Under the pieces are notes generated by a model, which saw only the letters and a program-made list of their open reading frames with translations, was not told where the DNA came from and ran no database searches. A DNA stretch of 8,951 nt from Ramazzottius varieornatus (lineage: Eukaryota > Animalia > Tardigrada), in the NCBI GenBank assembly GCA_001949185.1, contig BDGG01000038.1, positions 1 to 8,951 of the forward strand, in the 5' to 3' direction. Shown one piece after another: positions 8,056 to 8,951 of this stretch. The position numbers and the translations under genes were made by a program. How positions within the stretch are numbered: the stretch's first letter is position 1; every line of letters starts with the position of its first letter.

Positions 8056-8951
8056 ATGCCGACCTTGTATGTTTCGGAAACTGGAGATGATGTTTATCGT
8101 CCATCAAAATCAAAGAAATTCACCCTTTACCCGGTGGAATATCGAACCCCGTTGTCTAAGAAAGAACTTGAAGAAGAGCTGAAATATCATACCGGACCGC
8201 TCAGAATGTGTAAGTCACGTTTTTACCTGCGGCAGGAGGCATTCAAAGCGAGCCGTTACACAGCTTTTCTGACTGGACGGAAAAATTTCCAGGACGTACC
8301 CACTGATGAAAGTGCGGGATTGGTTTGATTTGTGTTCTTTGCAGGTTTCCTTAAGTACGGCGGAAGTGGTAGACGCCCCTGCTTGTTGGACACATTCAAC
8401 GACACCTATCGGTATTTGGAGTACGTGCCTGTGTTTCAGCTCGTTCAGAATAAGAATTGCGAGCTCTGTATGATATTGCAGGTTTAAATCGAGCGCTGGA
8501 CCAACAATCACTTCCTCCAGCATCCAGCAAAATCAGAGCGGAAACTACGGCGGCGTAAGTCATGCTCTGCCTTTTGCTTGCTTGTTTATTAACCACACAA
8601 GGCCTACAAGCCTTCATTTCCGCCGTCTTGCTTGCCAGGCTCTGCTCACGTCAGTCCTACGCCTATGGCACTTTTCCGCCTGCTCAAGTTTCTTTAGGTC
8701 CTACGCATATTGCCGTCTACGTTCGATTCTAACTTCCGATTCTTTTTTTCTTTGCAGCCATACGGCGGATTTGACTCGCAGTCCCAGCCATACGGCGGAT
8801 TTGACTCGCAGTCCCAGCCATACGGCGGATTTGACTCGCAGTCCCAGCCATACGGCGGATTTGACTCGCAGTCCCAGCCATACGGCGGATTTGACTCGCA
8901 GTCCCAGCCATACGGCGGATTTGACTCGCAGTCCCAGCCATACGGCGGATT
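8056..8951 (+). CDS. Hypothetical spliced protein with a Q/S/G/Y-rich tandem-repeat (prion-like) region, 3'-partial
   Basis: Exons 8056-8209, 8345-8420, 8482-8554, 8758->8951. Donors GTAAGT (8210), GTACGT (8421), GTAAGT (8555); acceptors TTCTTTGCAG (8344), ATTGCAG (8481), CTAAC...TTTTTTTCTTTGCAG (8757). All phases are compatible and the frame is open: MPTLYVSETG...GPLRMCFLKYGGSGRRPCLLDTFNDTYRYLEFKSSAGPTITSSSIQQNQSGNYGG(PYGGFDSQSQ)n. Confidence 0.6.
8755..8951 (+). repeat. Perfect 30-bp tandem repeat (minisatellite), at least 6.5 copies, running off the window end
   Basis: Unit CAGCCATACGGCGGATTTGACTCGCAGTCC repeated with no mismatches and no spacers. Confidence 0.98.

Noticed and set aside
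8215-8617. Minus-strand ORFs as upstream MRE11 exons
   Set aside because: No MRE11 phosphoesterase motifs are visible, and strong splice signals lie on the + strand.
8729-8941. Minus-strand ORF (MAGTASQIRR)n
   Set aside because: It is the antisense reading of the repeat. It runs into the complement of a polypyrimidine tract, and the splice signals favour the + strand.
8755-8951. CRISPR array
   Set aside because: The units are contiguous and identical with no unique spacers, the context is eukaryotic, and there are no cas genes.

Overview
Eukaryotic (probably invertebrate animal) genomic DNA with compact GT-AG introns of about 60-310 bp. From left to right: (1) the 5'-incomplete, 8-exon tectonic (TCTN) ciliary transition-zone gene on + (1-2521), with a small foldback element in intron 6; (2) an apparently complete 2,940-bp pogo/Fot1-like DNA transposon (3236-6175) with 54-bp TIRs, a TA target-site duplication and a spliced 4-exon transposase gene (about 608 aa) that has DD42D spacing and an Ala/Lys 11-mer-repeat tail; (3) the C-terminal half of an MRE11 gene on - (7942-6487), with no nuclease-domain exons in the window and related foldback elements in both introns; (4) a divergent spliced gene on + (8056->8951) not assembled by the ORF track, whose last visible exon is a perfect 30-bp tandem repeat encoding (PYGGFDSQSQ)n. 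All gene models were built by hand from splice signals and frame continuity, and family assignments come from recalled motifs, not database searches.
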